Position numbers and translations under genes: made by a program | Notes under the pieces: model-generated | Seen by the model: the letters and a program-made list of their open reading frames with translations, nothing else | The model's database searches: none | Told to the model about the DNA's origin: nothing | IMG/VR virus record: IMGVR_UViG_3300021256_000007 | Location: 32,440-96,439 of that record | Source: a virus | Taxonomy: Duplodnaviria; Heunggongvirae; Uroviricota; Caudoviricetes | Strand: one strand, 5' to 3' | Length of the DNA stretch: 64,000 nucleotides | Part shown: positions 38,456 to 47,563 of the stretch, one piece after another | Numbering within the stretch: the stretch's first letter is position 1 | Layout: each line of letters opens with the position of its first letter

Positions 38456-38797
38456 ATGAAGTATTACTACGAAAAACCTGAATCATGGCTTGGCGCTGGC
38501 AAGATCTATCGCTGTGATCATCCGCTATATAACCAGTGCACTTTGTTTCAAAGCGGGGAAGTCGGTCTAGCAATCATTCAGGAAAAATACAATAAAAAGA
38601 CCAAAGCCCGATGGTGGAGTTCCATCGAGCCCTGGCTTGCTGGTGATATTTACTTAAACAAAGGATTCGAAATGTACTTCATCGATCATGCAGGTCCGCC
38701 GGATGAAAACGGACTATACCCGACCGTTCCCGTGCGAAAGATCATGTGGGCTCTTCGCATGAAGCCGCTTAAGAAAGAGGAATGGGAAACCGATTAA
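38456..38797 (+). CDS. hypothetical protein
   Basis: 113 aa. The 13-mer lies 7 nt upstream, after a terminator. Confidence 0.45.
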   Translation: MKYYYEKPESWLGAGKIYRCDHPLYNQCTLFQSGEVGLAIIQEKYNKKTKARWWSSIEPWLAGDIYLNKGFEMYFIDHAGPPDENGLYPTVPVRKIMWALRMKPLKKEEWETD

Positions 38798-38958
38798 ACC
38801 TCATCCACATTCCCGACAATAATCTGGCTATCGCCAATGTAGTTTGGTGCCTGGGCGAACAGCGTGTCGAGTTCTGCTTGCGCGTCAACTCTGGTTTCGT
38901 ATTCTTCATTGGTAGAATACACTTCTCCGTCTTCGGTCATAAGGCGAATTACGAACAT
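38794..38958 (-). CDS. small acidic protein on the minus strand (54 aa)
   Basis: Strong RBS TAGGAGGT on the minus strand. One of only two minus-strand genes in the window. Confidence 0.4.
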   Translation of the reverse strand: MFVIRLMTEDGEVYSTNEEYETRVDAQAELDTLFAQAPNYIGDSQIIVGNVDEV

Positions 38959-39091
38959 TTTAGAATACCTCCTACATTCTAAAAGATCACTTTAAAAGCT
39001 AACATAATCCTTTCAAAAATGCAATCGGGAGAATAAACAAAGTTTTGGTCGAAATTTCTACAAATCCTCTAATGGAAAGGAAGTGAAAATT

Positions 39092-39307
39092 ATGGACGAA
39101 GAAGAACGCGAATGGACAAAGAACAAGCGTAATCTCATTCTGACTATGATGCGGCAGAAGTTTGAAGAAACCGTTTATTCCTATCTCGAGAAAGGTGAAT
39201 ACAAATCTCTCGAAGAAATGGATGAATGGGTCGACAACAAGCTGCGTCAATTCGAAGATGAAAGAAGCGCGGTACGCGAATACTATAACGCGAAAATGTA
39301 TTCGTAA
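39092..39307 (+). CDS. hypothetical acidic protein
   Basis: ATG 39092 with GGAAAGGAAG upstream. The track starts at a GTG at 39083. Confidence 0.4.
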   Translation: MDEEEREWTKNKRNLILTMMRQKFEETVYSYLEKGEYKSLEEMDEWVDNKLRQFEDERSAVREYYNAKMYS

Positions 39308-39382
39308 AATTTGCAATTCCTATAGTGAGAGAGAAGCTTATATTTACGGCTTCTCTCATTTTTTGTTCAAAATGAAAGGAGA

Positions 39383-39605
39383 AATGAGCATGTTTGAAAA
39401 GATCAAAAAATTCTGTAAAGAAAACAAAACCAAACTTATTATTGGAGGTCATGTGATTGCGTGCTGTGGCGTCTGCTATTATTTATGGTGGATCGGCTAT
39501 CGAAGCGGCTGTGAAGCAGCTGCTGAGGCAAATATTCAGTACATTAAGGAAACGTATCCCGACGCATATAAATTGATCGTTACGCAGTGGCCTCAGACTA
39601 ACTGA
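39383..39605 (+). CDS. small membrane/Cys protein
   Basis: RBS inside the 13-mer variant TTCAAAATGAAAGGAG. 73 aa. Confidence 0.4.
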
Positions 39606-39627
39606 TTGATATGAAAGGGGCTAATAT

Positions 39628-39960
39628 ATGAACGAATTTCCAGACGCCGTAAAACTTCATTCCAAACTCAAGCCGATGCTGTGGCACGATAGAGCCGGGT
39701 TAGATGGCATTATCTATCATGCGAGTAGTGTCGACGATTATACGATTTGCAAGTCGCGCATTTATATTCGTTATGATGTAGACGCACCGACAGATAGAGA
39801 AAATGAATGCTATGCGCTTATTCAATTTCCTGGCGGCAACGTTATTAGTAAAAAAGTAGAATCTTTCGATCACGGTCTTTTGTGGTGCGAATCCAGACGA
39901 GAAATTTTCTGGAATGAACTGTGGCGCACGATCACAGAAGAGATATTCATCGAAAAATAA
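39628..39960 (+). CDS. hypothetical protein
   Basis: 110 aa. Confidence 0.45.
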   Translation: MNEFPDAVKLHSKLKPMLWHDRAGLDGIIYHASSVDDYTICKSRIYIRYDVDAPTDRENECYALIQFPGGNVISKKVESFDHGLLWCESRREIFWNELWRTITEEIFIEK

Positions 39961-39969
39961 GGAGCTAAT

Positions 39970-40269
39970 ATGAGTAACATTGTATTTTATGAACGTTACG
40001 AAGCTGAAATGGTCTTGAACTATCTTAGTTCTTGTATAAAAAACGTTGAAAGAGTAAGTCTTTCGATTTTAAACGACCTTTGCGGCATCGTAAATGAAAA
40101 AGAAAACGATTCGATTGGATGGACAGAAAGCGACTCTTTTAGAATTGAAAAACTAGGAGAGCATGAATGGATAATAAACTTTCCTCAGCCCAAGCCAATC
40201 GAGCCGATAAATTTACATGATTTTCTGTTAGGTCCTTCTTGGAAATTCCGTTATCACAGTACACATTAA
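39970..40269 (+). CDS. hypothetical protein
   Basis: 99 aa. Confidence 0.45.
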   Translation: MSNIVFYERYEAEMVLNYLSSCIKNVERVSLSILNDLCGIVNEKENDSIGWTESDSFRIEKLGEHEWIINFPQPKPIEPINLHDFLLGPSWKFRYHSTH

Positions 40270-40283
40270 TTAGGAGGAAATGC

Positions 40284-40763
40284 ATGAGTAAATTCAATGT
40301 CAAGAACATCAATTGGACAAAGGTCGGCTGCTGGACGGCGGATATGCTGAAATCGAATTCCGGGACGATCGTCGGCGGGCTCAGTATGATCGGGCTTGCT
40401 ATGCTGTGCCGGAAGCTTAACATTCCATATACGGTTCTGACGGAGCCATATACTGGAAAGAGCTACGTCAAACCGGAAGTGCCTAAGCCAGCTACGTCAA
40501 TCTTATATTTTCCGAGTGATGCGGTTGAAGCCAGCATTCAAGCGATTTACGACGGAGCTTTAAATGCCGACTTCGATTCTCAGCGTTGTGCAGCCGGTAG
40601 GGAAATCATGAGTATTGTATCGGCTCGCAAGAATGATATTTCCGAGGCGACAAAGACCTATGCCATCAGTTATTTAAGACTGATTGCTGATGAAATGGAC
40701 TTTGACTCCGGCCGTAAGACCATAATGAGTTATATTTCCAAAATTGCGAAGGGGGAGTATTAA
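40284..40763 (+). CDS. hypothetical protein with an N-terminal transmembrane segment
   Basis: ATG 40284 after TAGGAGGAAAT. 159 aa. Confidence 0.45.
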   Translation: MSKFNVKNINWTKVGCWTADMLKSNSGTIVGGLSMIGLAMLCRKLNIPYTVLTEPYTGKSYVKPEVPKPATSILYFPSDAVEASIQAIYDGALNADFDSQRCAAGREIMSIVSARKNDISEATKTYAISYLRLIADEMDFDSGRKTIMSYISKIAKGEY

Positions 40764-41083
40764 TGAAAGATCTTAGTACAAGTAACATATTGTCAGTCAT
40801 CGAAGAAACAAAAGCAAATCTTTCAAAAGATCCCGGCCCATCAGAGAGTACCGTTAATCCACCGCCGTATATCGAACAGCATCTAAACGGAATCGAACGT
40901 CGACTTAAGGAGCGCCAACCCAAACGAAAAGGCGCTCTCGTTTTCTGTGTGGCCTGCGGAGCTGTAAACCGTACGCTTCGGAAATGGCATAATTCATATC
41001 TTTGCACAGACTGCTTCAAGATCGCACAGAACGTCGGCGATGAGAAGTTTATTGCCGCTTTGAAAGGGAAGGAGACTGAATAA
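40763..41083 (+). CDS. zinc-ribbon protein
   Basis: CVACGAVNRTLRKWHNSYLCTDCFK. Confidence 0.45.
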   Translation: MKDLSTSNILSVIEETKANLSKDPGPSESTVNPPPYIEQHLNGIERRLKERQPKRKGALVFCVACGAVNRTLRKWHNSYLCTDCFKIAQNVGDEKFIAALKGKETE

Positions 41084-41343
41084 TTGTTTGACTGTAAGAA
41101 TCTGACTACCGAAGAATACAAGAACATTATCGACCACTGGTATTGGGAAAGTCGTGAGCTTCCGATTAACCAGTGGAGTATATTTGACAGGGCGAGGAGG
41201 TGGCTTTGGTGATCAAACGGTACAAGAAATGGAAGCTCTGGAGAAAATACACCTATTTCAACACGTTTCAACAGATACTGGTTTTATTAGGTCTGAAGCA
41301 CTCTATGCATTTCGACCGATTTTTAACGAATTAAGGAGGTTAT

Positions 41344-41976
41344 ATGGACGATATTATTGGCATTCACGAAGAAATTGACCCGGATGATCCTATTGAAAGC
41401 CTTATTCGTCAGAGTCTGGCACTGAGCGAAGAGGCGCATCGAAGAAGGCTTATCGGTTTCAGCTCCTATGAAGAACTTCAGGAAGTCAAGCGCATGGAAG
41501 CAGAGGGAGAAGAACTCTGGGCCAAGGCAAAAGAACTAGGCAGTCCATACGTTAGCAGAAAAAACTATGAGGATCTCGTGATCGCGATTTTCAAAAGTGC
41601 CGCAAGAGACTATGAGAAACTCATCTGCGGAAGCATCACCGAAACGCCTAATACGAGCAAAATCCTGATCGAAGGTCTGATTCCCAAGGAAACGGAAATC
41701 ATTCGCGATACGTATCATAAGCGATTTATTCCCTATGTTGAAAAACACGCGTATGATATTGCAAAACAGTGGGAAAAATTCGATCGACAGAAACTAGATG
41801 TTTACGATCGGGTCATTACCACGAAGTATCGCTGTCCGAATTGCCATGGATGCTTGAAACCCATGGACGGATTATCGCCCGCACACATTGGCTGTACCAA
41901 CTGTAATCTGAATTATTATATGCCCGGCAAAGTATCCGTAAAGCGGCAGACTTATACGAAGGGAGTCATACTATAA
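41344..41976 (+). CDS. hypothetical protein with a C-terminal zinc finger
   Basis: YRCPNCHGCL...CTNCNLNYY. 210 aa. Confidence 0.45.
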   Translation: MDDIIGIHEEIDPDDPIESLIRQSLALSEEAHRRRLIGFSSYEELQEVKRMEAEGEELWAKAKELGSPYVSRKNYEDLVIAIFKSAARDYEKLICGSITETPNTSKILIEGLIPKETEIIRDTYHKRFIPYVEKHAYDIAKQWEKFDRQKLDVYDRVITTKYRCPNCHGCLKPMDGLSPAHIGCTNCNLNYYMPGKVSVKRQTYTKGVIL

Positions 41977-41978
41977 GA

Positions 41979-42173
41979 ATGAACACATTCGTAATTAAGA
42001 CAGTAGACGGCAGTTTATATTTGATTGACGGAGAAAGTGTCAAAGAAATCTTCAGCAAGATCGATGGGCTTCGCCTGATGGGAAAGCGCTGGCTGGAAAC
42101 TTATATTATCGCTGATCTCGGCGAGGCACAGCCAGTATACGTTAATATCGATCAGATCGTAAGTATTCAATAA
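41979..42173 (+). CDS. hypothetical small protein
   Basis: 64 aa. Confidence 0.4.
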   Translation: MNTFVIKTVDGSLYLIDGESVKEIFSKIDGLRLMGKRWLETYIIADLGEAQPVYVNIDQIVSIQ

Positions 42174-42231
42174 TATGTTCGACATTTTAAATGCGAATGA
42201 AATTTATTATTTAAAAAAGGAGAAATTACAA

Positions 42232-42459
42232 ATGTTCAATCTCGTATCCATGAACGCCATCCGCACGGACTTCGATGCCGCGATGGAAAAGCAGGGCTAT
42301 CTCAGGGCCACTGTTATGTATAAAAACTGGGGAATCACCGCGAAGAAGTTTGGCTCTCTTGTGAAGAAAGGCTACGATTGCGATTCCTTTATCGTGAACG
42401 GTGTGCGTTATATTCATAAGGACGCTCCCAATCCGCTCGACGGTCCCATGGAGGTTTAA
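42232..42459 (+). CDS. hypothetical protein
   Basis: ATG after AAGGAGAAATTACAA. 75 aa. Confidence 0.4.
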   Translation: MFNLVSMNAIRTDFDAAMEKQGYLRATVMYKNWGITAKKFGSLVKKGYDCDSFIVNGVRYIHKDAPNPLDGPMEV

Positions 42460-42461
42460 TC

Positions 42462-42620
42462 ATGGTAAGCGACAGCGAAGTCAAGGAAGTAAAGTTCGCA
42501 AAATATTGTCAAACCTGCAAAAACTGGGCCGATGGCAAAGAAATTCCAGTATGCGATGACTGCCTGGAAGAGAGCATGCGATATGGCACGGAGGTACCTC
42601 TGAAGTGGGAGAAGAAATAA
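42462..42620 (+). CDS. mini zinc-ribbon protein (52 aa)
   Basis: CQTCKN...CDDCLEE. RBS GGAGG. Confidence 0.35.
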   Translation: MVSDSEVKEVKFAKYCQTCKNWADGKEIPVCDDCLEESMRYGTEVPLKWEKK

Positions 42621-42838
42621 AGGTTGCTTATCTCTGTGACGGTTTATGCTCATGTTCAGACAGCATCATGTGTTTTCGGCGCGGAGTTCCGGGAGCGGAC
42701 TGCAAGCATACGTTTGATCCCGATCACGCGGCCAATAAGCGTGTAGGACATCCTGAAAACTATCCGGATCGCTTTCATTTAATTCAAAATGGAATCGAAG
42801 AACCTTGCTGGTGGGAAGGAGACATAGATATTCCATGA
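42605..42838 (+). CDS. Cys-rich small protein
   Basis: CDGLCSCSDSIMC. Contains a 13-mer variant in its 3' part. Confidence 0.35.
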   Translation: MGEEIKVAYLCDGLCSCSDSIMCFRRGVPGADCKHTFDPDHAANKRVGHPENYPDRFHLIQNGIEEPCWWEGDIDIP

Positions 42839-43086
42839 CGATCGAAGAATTCACTAAGAAATGCCCGGTTGAAGTAGGCGATTATTTTTATCGGAAACGC
42901 GCAAATGATACGATCCCCGATAGGCTTCAGGTTACGGCCATCAAAGAAGTCGTCGGGGGTTTCTTTATTACGGCAAAATATATTTACCATACGATCGGGC
43001 CGAACATGGAGAGAACCTTCAGCGATGTGATATTTAAAGATCCGGATTGGGTTATTGAAAAGAGAGGTTCTGGAAGTCGTGGATAA
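42835..43086 (+). CDS. hypothetical protein
   Basis: 83 aa. Confidence 0.4.
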   Translation: MTIEEFTKKCPVEVGDYFYRKRANDTIPDRLQVTAIKEVVGGFFITAKYIYHTIGPNMERTFSDVIFKDPDWVIEKRGSGSRG

Positions 43087-43357
43087 TGTCACGAAAAAGA
43101 TCTTATTCACAAATACATGGACACTGGAACAACTGAGAGAAACTCGTAAACAACTTGGCCTGACGCAGCAAGACATAGCAGACATAATCGGATCCACAAA
43201 GCCTGTGATATCCTCACTTGAACGAGGAATCAATTTTCTGGGTCCGACTTTTTATGCCTACTGTAACGTCATCGAAAAGTGTTATGCCTACGAAATGGGT
43301 TATGTTCCATGCTATCGAAAAGTCGGCACATCGGAATATTCGGAGGTGATTACGTGA
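43055..43357 (+). CDS. HTH (XRE-like) DNA-binding protein
   Basis: LGLTQQDIADIIGSTKPVISSLERG helix-turn-helix. Confidence 0.45.
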   Translation: MKREVLEVVDNVTKKILFTNTWTLEQLRETRKQLGLTQQDIADIIGSTKPVISSLERGINFLGPTFYAYCNVIEKCYAYEMGYVPCYRKVGTSEYSEVIT

Positions 43358-43944
43358 CATTCAAAGGAATCTCCACTCCGTTTACGGACATTGATTTTCA
43401 AAATAAATTACTTAACGATGTTCAAAACGAATGGAAAAAAATAACCGGAACGAGCCTAACGGACTTAACATGTGAGCCGGACAATATCAATCACGTTTGG
43501 TGTCTTAAAAGAAAAGACGGACAAGTATATGAAATGTCGTATGATACCTATTTCGTTAGTGATTACAACTACTACGCACGGATGGTAAAAGACGCAGCCA
43601 TATGCTTACTTGCAGCTAATGATATTGCAGGCGCCGTTTGTACACCAATTCGTACTAAAAAGGAGAAAGAATTAATGAAAAAAGACAACACTCTCGCCGA
43701 AACCGTTTATCAGAACACTGTGGAAGCCATCCAGGATGAAACGAAGGACAAGAAGAAAGCCCTGGACGCCGAAGAAGCGGAAAAGCTCGCCAAAGCTTAC
43801 GCAGATCTTGAGCATGATTACATGATCGAGCACGTAGACAAATGGGCCGACGAACTTTACGCCCGTTATGAAGCGCTTCACAGGAAGGGTTTCGCTGATG
43901 AACTTGCGATCGAGATTCTTAAGATTTATATTTCCAACCACTAA
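43354..43944 (+). CDS. hypothetical protein
   Basis: GTG start after GGAGGTGA. 196 aa with a C-terminal helical acidic region. Confidence 0.45.
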   Translation: MTFKGISTPFTDIDFQNKLLNDVQNEWKKITGTSLTDLTCEPDNINHVWCLKRKDGQVYEMSYDTYFVSDYNYYARMVKDAAICLLAANDIAGAVCTPIRTKKEKELMKKDNTLAETVYQNTVEAIQDETKDKKKALDAEEAEKLAKAYADLEHDYMIEHVDKWADELYARYEALHRKGFADELAIEILKIYISNH

Positions 43945-43975
43945 AACATGAGCAGCACGAAAGGAGAATCCAACT

Positions 43976-44158
43976 ATGCAGGTAAAATGCATCCGGTGTA
44001 AAACAGAGTTCGAACTTCAAGACCAGACAAGAAATCAGCTGGTCATAGGAATCGACGCGAAGAACCGTCCTACCATTTTAAATCTGTGCGACGATTGCGA
44101 CAAGAAACTTGAACGCTTCCTGAATGGAGAATTTCTCTATCAGGATTACGACGCCTAA
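43976..44158 (+). CDS. small zinc-ribbon protein, CxRC...(N/D)LCxxC family
   Basis: CIRCKTEF...NLCDDCDKKLERFL. Confidence 0.45.
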   Translation: MQVKCIRCKTEFELQDQTRNQLVIGIDAKNRPTILNLCDDCDKKLERFLNGEFLYQDYDA

Positions 44159-44192
44159 TTGATATTTGCATTACGAAAGGAGAATTCTGAAT

Positions 44193-45257
44193 ATGTTAGG
44201 AATTATTTTAGCAGTTATCATTCTTATTGCGGGATTCGGAATTACATTCGCCGTCAATAAGGTAAAGCAGGCAGAGTACAACGAAAAGTATGAAGACTGG
44301 GAAAACGCCAAACAGATCGCAGCGGCTCGGTTTCCGAACAACGTATGGAAGAAACCGGAACCGAAGAAGCCCGAGACAATTAAGTTTCCGGTGCTGATTG
44401 CGATTCCGTTGGCCGTGATTATTCTCATCGCAAGCTGTCTGGCTATTGTTCCGACCGGGTATACCGGCATTCTGACAACTTTCGGCAAAGTGGAAAACCG
44501 CACGATTCCGTCCGGTATCAGTTTCATTGCTCCTTGGCAGAATGTCATTAAAATGGATAACCGGACACAGAAAGTTCAGATCCAGACAAGTGCATTTTCC
44601 AGTGATATTCAGCAGGTCGACGTTCAGCTTTCAGTAAACTACTGCATCGATCAGGAAACGGCTCAGGTTCTCTATCGAACAGTTGGTACGAACTATTACG
44701 AAAACATTATGTTCCCGCGTATCCAGGAGAATCTGAAGGCTGTTTTCTCTCAGTATTCGGCTGAAAACCTGATTGCCAAGCGTGACAGCCTCTCGGATTC
44801 CATTGCTTCGGCTACGGCGAACGACATGAAGAACTATGGTATTACCATTGTTTCCATTGCCATCGAGGACATTGATTTCACCGATGCGTTCACCAATGCC
44901 GTTGAAGCCAAGCAGGTAGCAGCACAGAATAAGCTCACGGCTGAAACTCAGCAGGCCCAGAAGACAATGGAGGAAGAAGCCGCTGCCAAACGAGCTGTTA
45001 TTGCTGCGAATGCAGAAGCCGATAAAGCTATTATTGCCGCGAATGCCGATCTCGAAGTTGTAAAGGTTCAGGCTGAAGCTGCTCTCTATGCCGGCGAACG
45101 GGAAGCGGAAATGAATAAGCGTATTTCCGAATCTCTCGGCAACGGCATTATTGATTACTATTGGATCAAGCAGTGGAATGGCGAACTTCCGACTACGATT
45201 CTCGGCGGAGATGCGAACTATATGATCGATCTGACGAAGGGTGATGCTGCGGAATGA
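44193..45257 (+). CDS. SPFH/band-7 (prohibitin/HflK-like) membrane protein
   Basis: N-terminal transmembrane helix, then an SPFH-like core (TGYTGILTTFGKVENRTIPSGISFIAPWQNV...VDVQLSVNY) and a C-terminal A/Q/E coiled coil. Confidence 0.6.
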   Translation: MLGIILAVIILIAGFGITFAVNKVKQAEYNEKYEDWENAKQIAAARFPNNVWKKPEPKKPETIKFPVLIAIPLAVIILIASCLAIVPTGYTGILTTFGKVENRTIPSGISFIAPWQNVIKMDNRTQKVQIQTSAFSSDIQQVDVQLSVNYCIDQETAQVLYRTVGTNYYENIMFPRIQENLKAVFSQYSAENLIAKRDSLSDSIASATANDMKNYGITIVSIAIEDIDFTDAFTNAVEAKQVAAQNKLTAETQQAQKTMEEEAAAKRAVIAANAEADKAIIAANADLEVVKVQAEAALYAGEREAEMNKRISESLGNGIIDYYWIKQWNGELPTTILGGDANYMIDLTKGDAAE

Positions 45258-45442
45258 TATTCTTTTCGACAAGACTGGAAATGGAACGTGCTTTTCGAGA
45301 CTGGTGCGATAAAACTCATGTGGCAATAACACCCAATACGATGCTGGCCTGGCTTGAAGGGCATGGATATTTAAACGAAGAGAAGATTAAGAAAGACTTT
45401 CCGTATCCGGGAATTAAGATTAAGGAGGAAACTAGTAAATGA
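45254..45442 (+). CDS. hypothetical small protein
   Basis: 62 aa. Confidence 0.35.
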   Translation: MIFFSTRLEMERAFRDWCDKTHVAITPNTMLAWLEGHGYLNEEKIKKDFPYPGIKIKEETSK

Positions 45443-45762
45443 TGACTGCGCTTTATGTATTTATCGGTGTTCTGGCGGCGGCTTTGGTTATTTATATTTT
45501 TGATCAGCTCGCGGGCTTTATACGAAGAATCAAACGCAAGCTCGACGAAAACAACGTAACGAATCGAGTTAACTGCGTGCCGCCTCGAAACCTATATAAT
45601 AGTTGTTACGGAATGTACGGACAATATTCTGCATATGTCGGAGATAATTTCCAGCGACTGATAGCTATTCACGACAAACTTGACCGCATCGAAAATAAGA
45701 TCGATACGCTCATCGAAGACGCTGCGGAACTCATGGTTGCAAAGGAACGTCCGGAGGAGTAA
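45439..45762 (+). CDS. membrane-anchored hypothetical protein
   Basis: N-terminal transmembrane helix. 107 aa. Confidence 0.4.
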   Translation: MMTALYVFIGVLAAALVIYIFDQLAGFIRRIKRKLDENNVTNRVNCVPPRNLYNSCYGMYGQYSAYVGDNFQRLIAIHDKLDRIENKIDTLIEDAAELMVAKERPEE

Positions 45763-45821
45763 ATGATATTTAGGGTCATTGGAGAAATCTGATGGCCCTT
45801 TTTCTTTTAGGAGGAAATAAC

Positions 45822-45908
45822 ATGGAATACTGCGTCTGCTGCGGACGAATCATCCCGGAAGGGCGAATGGTTTGCCTTATCTGTGAAAAGATTCTGGAGG
45901 AAGACTAA
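45822..45908 (+). CDS. mini zinc-ribbon ORF (28 aa)
   Basis: CVCCGR...CLICEK. RBS TAGGAGGAAAT. Confidence 0.3.
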   Translation: MEYCVCCGRIIPEGRMVCLICEKILEED

Positions 45909-45909
45909 T

Positions 45910-46176
45910 ATGAATAAAACAATCATCAAAATCGTAAGTCTGATTATTTTGATCTTGGCGTTTATGATCATCGCATTATTTCTCAGCGGTTGTAATCGTC
46001 AGATGATCGATCTTAATTACAACTTTAATTATGCGATCATCAATACTTTTAACGGAACGGTTGAGGGGAAGGTGAGTTCCTGGCGAGACTTTGACGATGG
46101 AGATCAGCTTCAGGTAACAATTGATGGCGTCACCTATCTCACAAGCGCGACGAACGTGATATTGGAGCATAGATAA
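45910..46176 (+). CDS. putative lipoprotein
   Basis: Signal-like hydrophobic segment followed by LSGC, a lipobox-like motif. Confidence 0.4.
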   Translation: MNKTIIKIVSLIILILAFMIIALFLSGCNRQMIDLNYNFNYAIINTFNGTVEGKVSSWRDFDDGDQLQVTIDGVTYLTSATNVILEHR

Positions 46177-46370
46177 TGGAAGATTCTAAAGTGGTTTTCT
46201 GGGAGAAACGAATGAAAATTACAAGCGGAACAAAAAATAAAAATGGAGATGCGGAGGAAGCGATCCGAGGCCATAGATCTAAGATATTGCCGTTTGATGA
46301 CGCTCTTGTCGATTCGAACATAGTTAACGAAATTGTAAAACCTATCAAAATTGATTTGGAGGGACATTAA
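46176..46370 (+). CDS. hypothetical small protein
   Basis: 64 aa. Confidence 0.35.
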   Translation: MEDSKVVFWEKRMKITSGTKNKNGDAEEAIRGHRSKILPFDDALVDSNIVNEIVKPIKIDLEGH

Positions 46371-47179
46371 TGATTAAACTTGAAAATACTGAAGTTCTCG
46401 GTTGGGAGGCTGCTATTCGCGGAATGAGAAATCCGATGAATAGTTGGGAGAAGAGCGATAGTATATTTTTTTCTGCATTCGCGACAGTCGGACATGATAT
46501 TAATGGTACTACATATGATAAAGACGACGGCGACTGCGATTACCCAGAATGGTTTGATTGGGTTCGATTCAACACGAATCATAGAATGGAATATTTTCAA
46601 CTGGGCCCCAACGATCATAAACTCATGATGAACCTCGCTAAAGCTGGTTCGGTAGATGCCAAGTATCGCCGGATGATTGTTGTTACGGTTGATATTACGG
46701 CTCCGCTTTACTGGTGGAAAGAATTTGATACCTATAAGGTTGGAACAGTCGCAAATAGCTGTTCTACCATGCATAAGATTCATGCAAAGGAATTCACACG
46801 ACAAGATTTTTCAGATGAACAATTGCTTCCTGATGGAAGTTCTATGGAAATTCCGACAATTGCAGTCGGTTTTGGAAGCAATGATCTCGAAGAAGAACTT
46901 GCTCGTTTTTCACCATCAAATTTGCTCGATCTTACAATTTCAATGCTGAATCGGGCACGCGAAATGTTCCTCGAAACTAAAGATAAAAAGTATTGGTGGC
47001 AAATGATTCAGCTTCTTCCGAGTTCCTATAATCAGCGAAGAACCGTTATGCTGAACTATGAAGTGCTGGCCGGAATCTATCCGAAGCGCAAGGAACATAA
47101 GCTTGACGATTGGAGAGAGTTCTGCAAATGGATCGAGAATCTTCCGTATAGTGAGATTATTACATTGGAGGAAAGCTAA
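46370..47179 (+). CDS. hypothetical protein (faint ThyX-fold resemblance, no RHR motif)
   Basis: 269 aa. ITAPLYWWKEFDTYK weakly resembles the ThyX segment VKAPIFVARQWFRHR but lacks the catalytic residues. Confidence 0.35.
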   Translation: MIKLENTEVLGWEAAIRGMRNPMNSWEKSDSIFFSAFATVGHDINGTTYDKDDGDCDYPEWFDWVRFNTNHRMEYFQLGPNDHKLMMNLAKAGSVDAKYRRMIVVTVDITAPLYWWKEFDTYKVGTVANSCSTMHKIHAKEFTRQDFSDEQLLPDGSSMEIPTIAVGFGSNDLEEELARFSPSNLLDLTISMLNRAREMFLETKDKKYWWQMIQLLPSSYNQRRTVMLNYEVLAGIYPKRKEHKLDDWREFCKWIENLPYSEIITLEES

Positions 47180-47545
47180 ATGTACGAACCGGGAAAAGTC
47201 GTTAAAAAAGAAGGTTTCGCGGATTTCGAAAGTTGCTATACGATGTTTAAGCGCGGAATCTTTGAGAATCAATTATATTCCAAAATTTTACAAGACATTC
47301 AGGATAAGTATGACGCAATCGTAATCGCATGCTTTGCGCAGAAAGGTTTCTCGGAAAAATATATTCGAGAGAATATCAATGAGTTTTGCACAGAAGTTTC
47401 CAGAAGTAGTTTTTGCGAGAGCCGCGGATATTTCTATAAGGGCGATCTCCTGTTCGTTATTACAACAGACTATAAGTGCATTAATAACTGTGATATTCCG
47501 AACAAAGAGGAATGCATAATCGGTTTTCGAGTAGAAATGCAGTGA
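47180..47545 (+). CDS. hypothetical protein
   Basis: 121 aa. Confidence 0.4.
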   Translation: MYEPGKVVKKEGFADFESCYTMFKRGIFENQLYSKILQDIQDKYDAIVIACFAQKGFSEKYIRENINEFCTEVSRSSFCESRGYFYKGDLLFVITTDYKCINNCDIPNKEECIIGFRVEMQ

Positions 47546-47563
47546 GGTAAAAACTGAAATTAT

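Noticed and set aside
26981-39330. Resemblance of CCTATAGTGAG in several promoter-like elements to the reverse complement of the T7 promoter core
   Set aside because: The match is to the wrong strand for rightward transcription. It is confined to 4 of ~23 elements, and no single-subunit RNA polymerase gene is present. Treated as coincidence.
309-42795. TTCAAAATGGAAG as simply a favoured translation-initiation context (AAAATGGAAG = M-E start)
   Set aside because: Only one or two copies (32941, possibly 27224) coincide with a plausible start. Others are out of frame with the downstream gene, lie after stop codons, or sit inside genes in three different frames.
46370-47179. Thymidylate synthase ThyX assignment for the 269-aa protein
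   Set aside because: Only a faint segmental resemblance (ITAPLYWWKEFDTYK against VKAPIFVARQWFRHR). The catalytic RHR and serine motifs are absent. Left as hypothetical.
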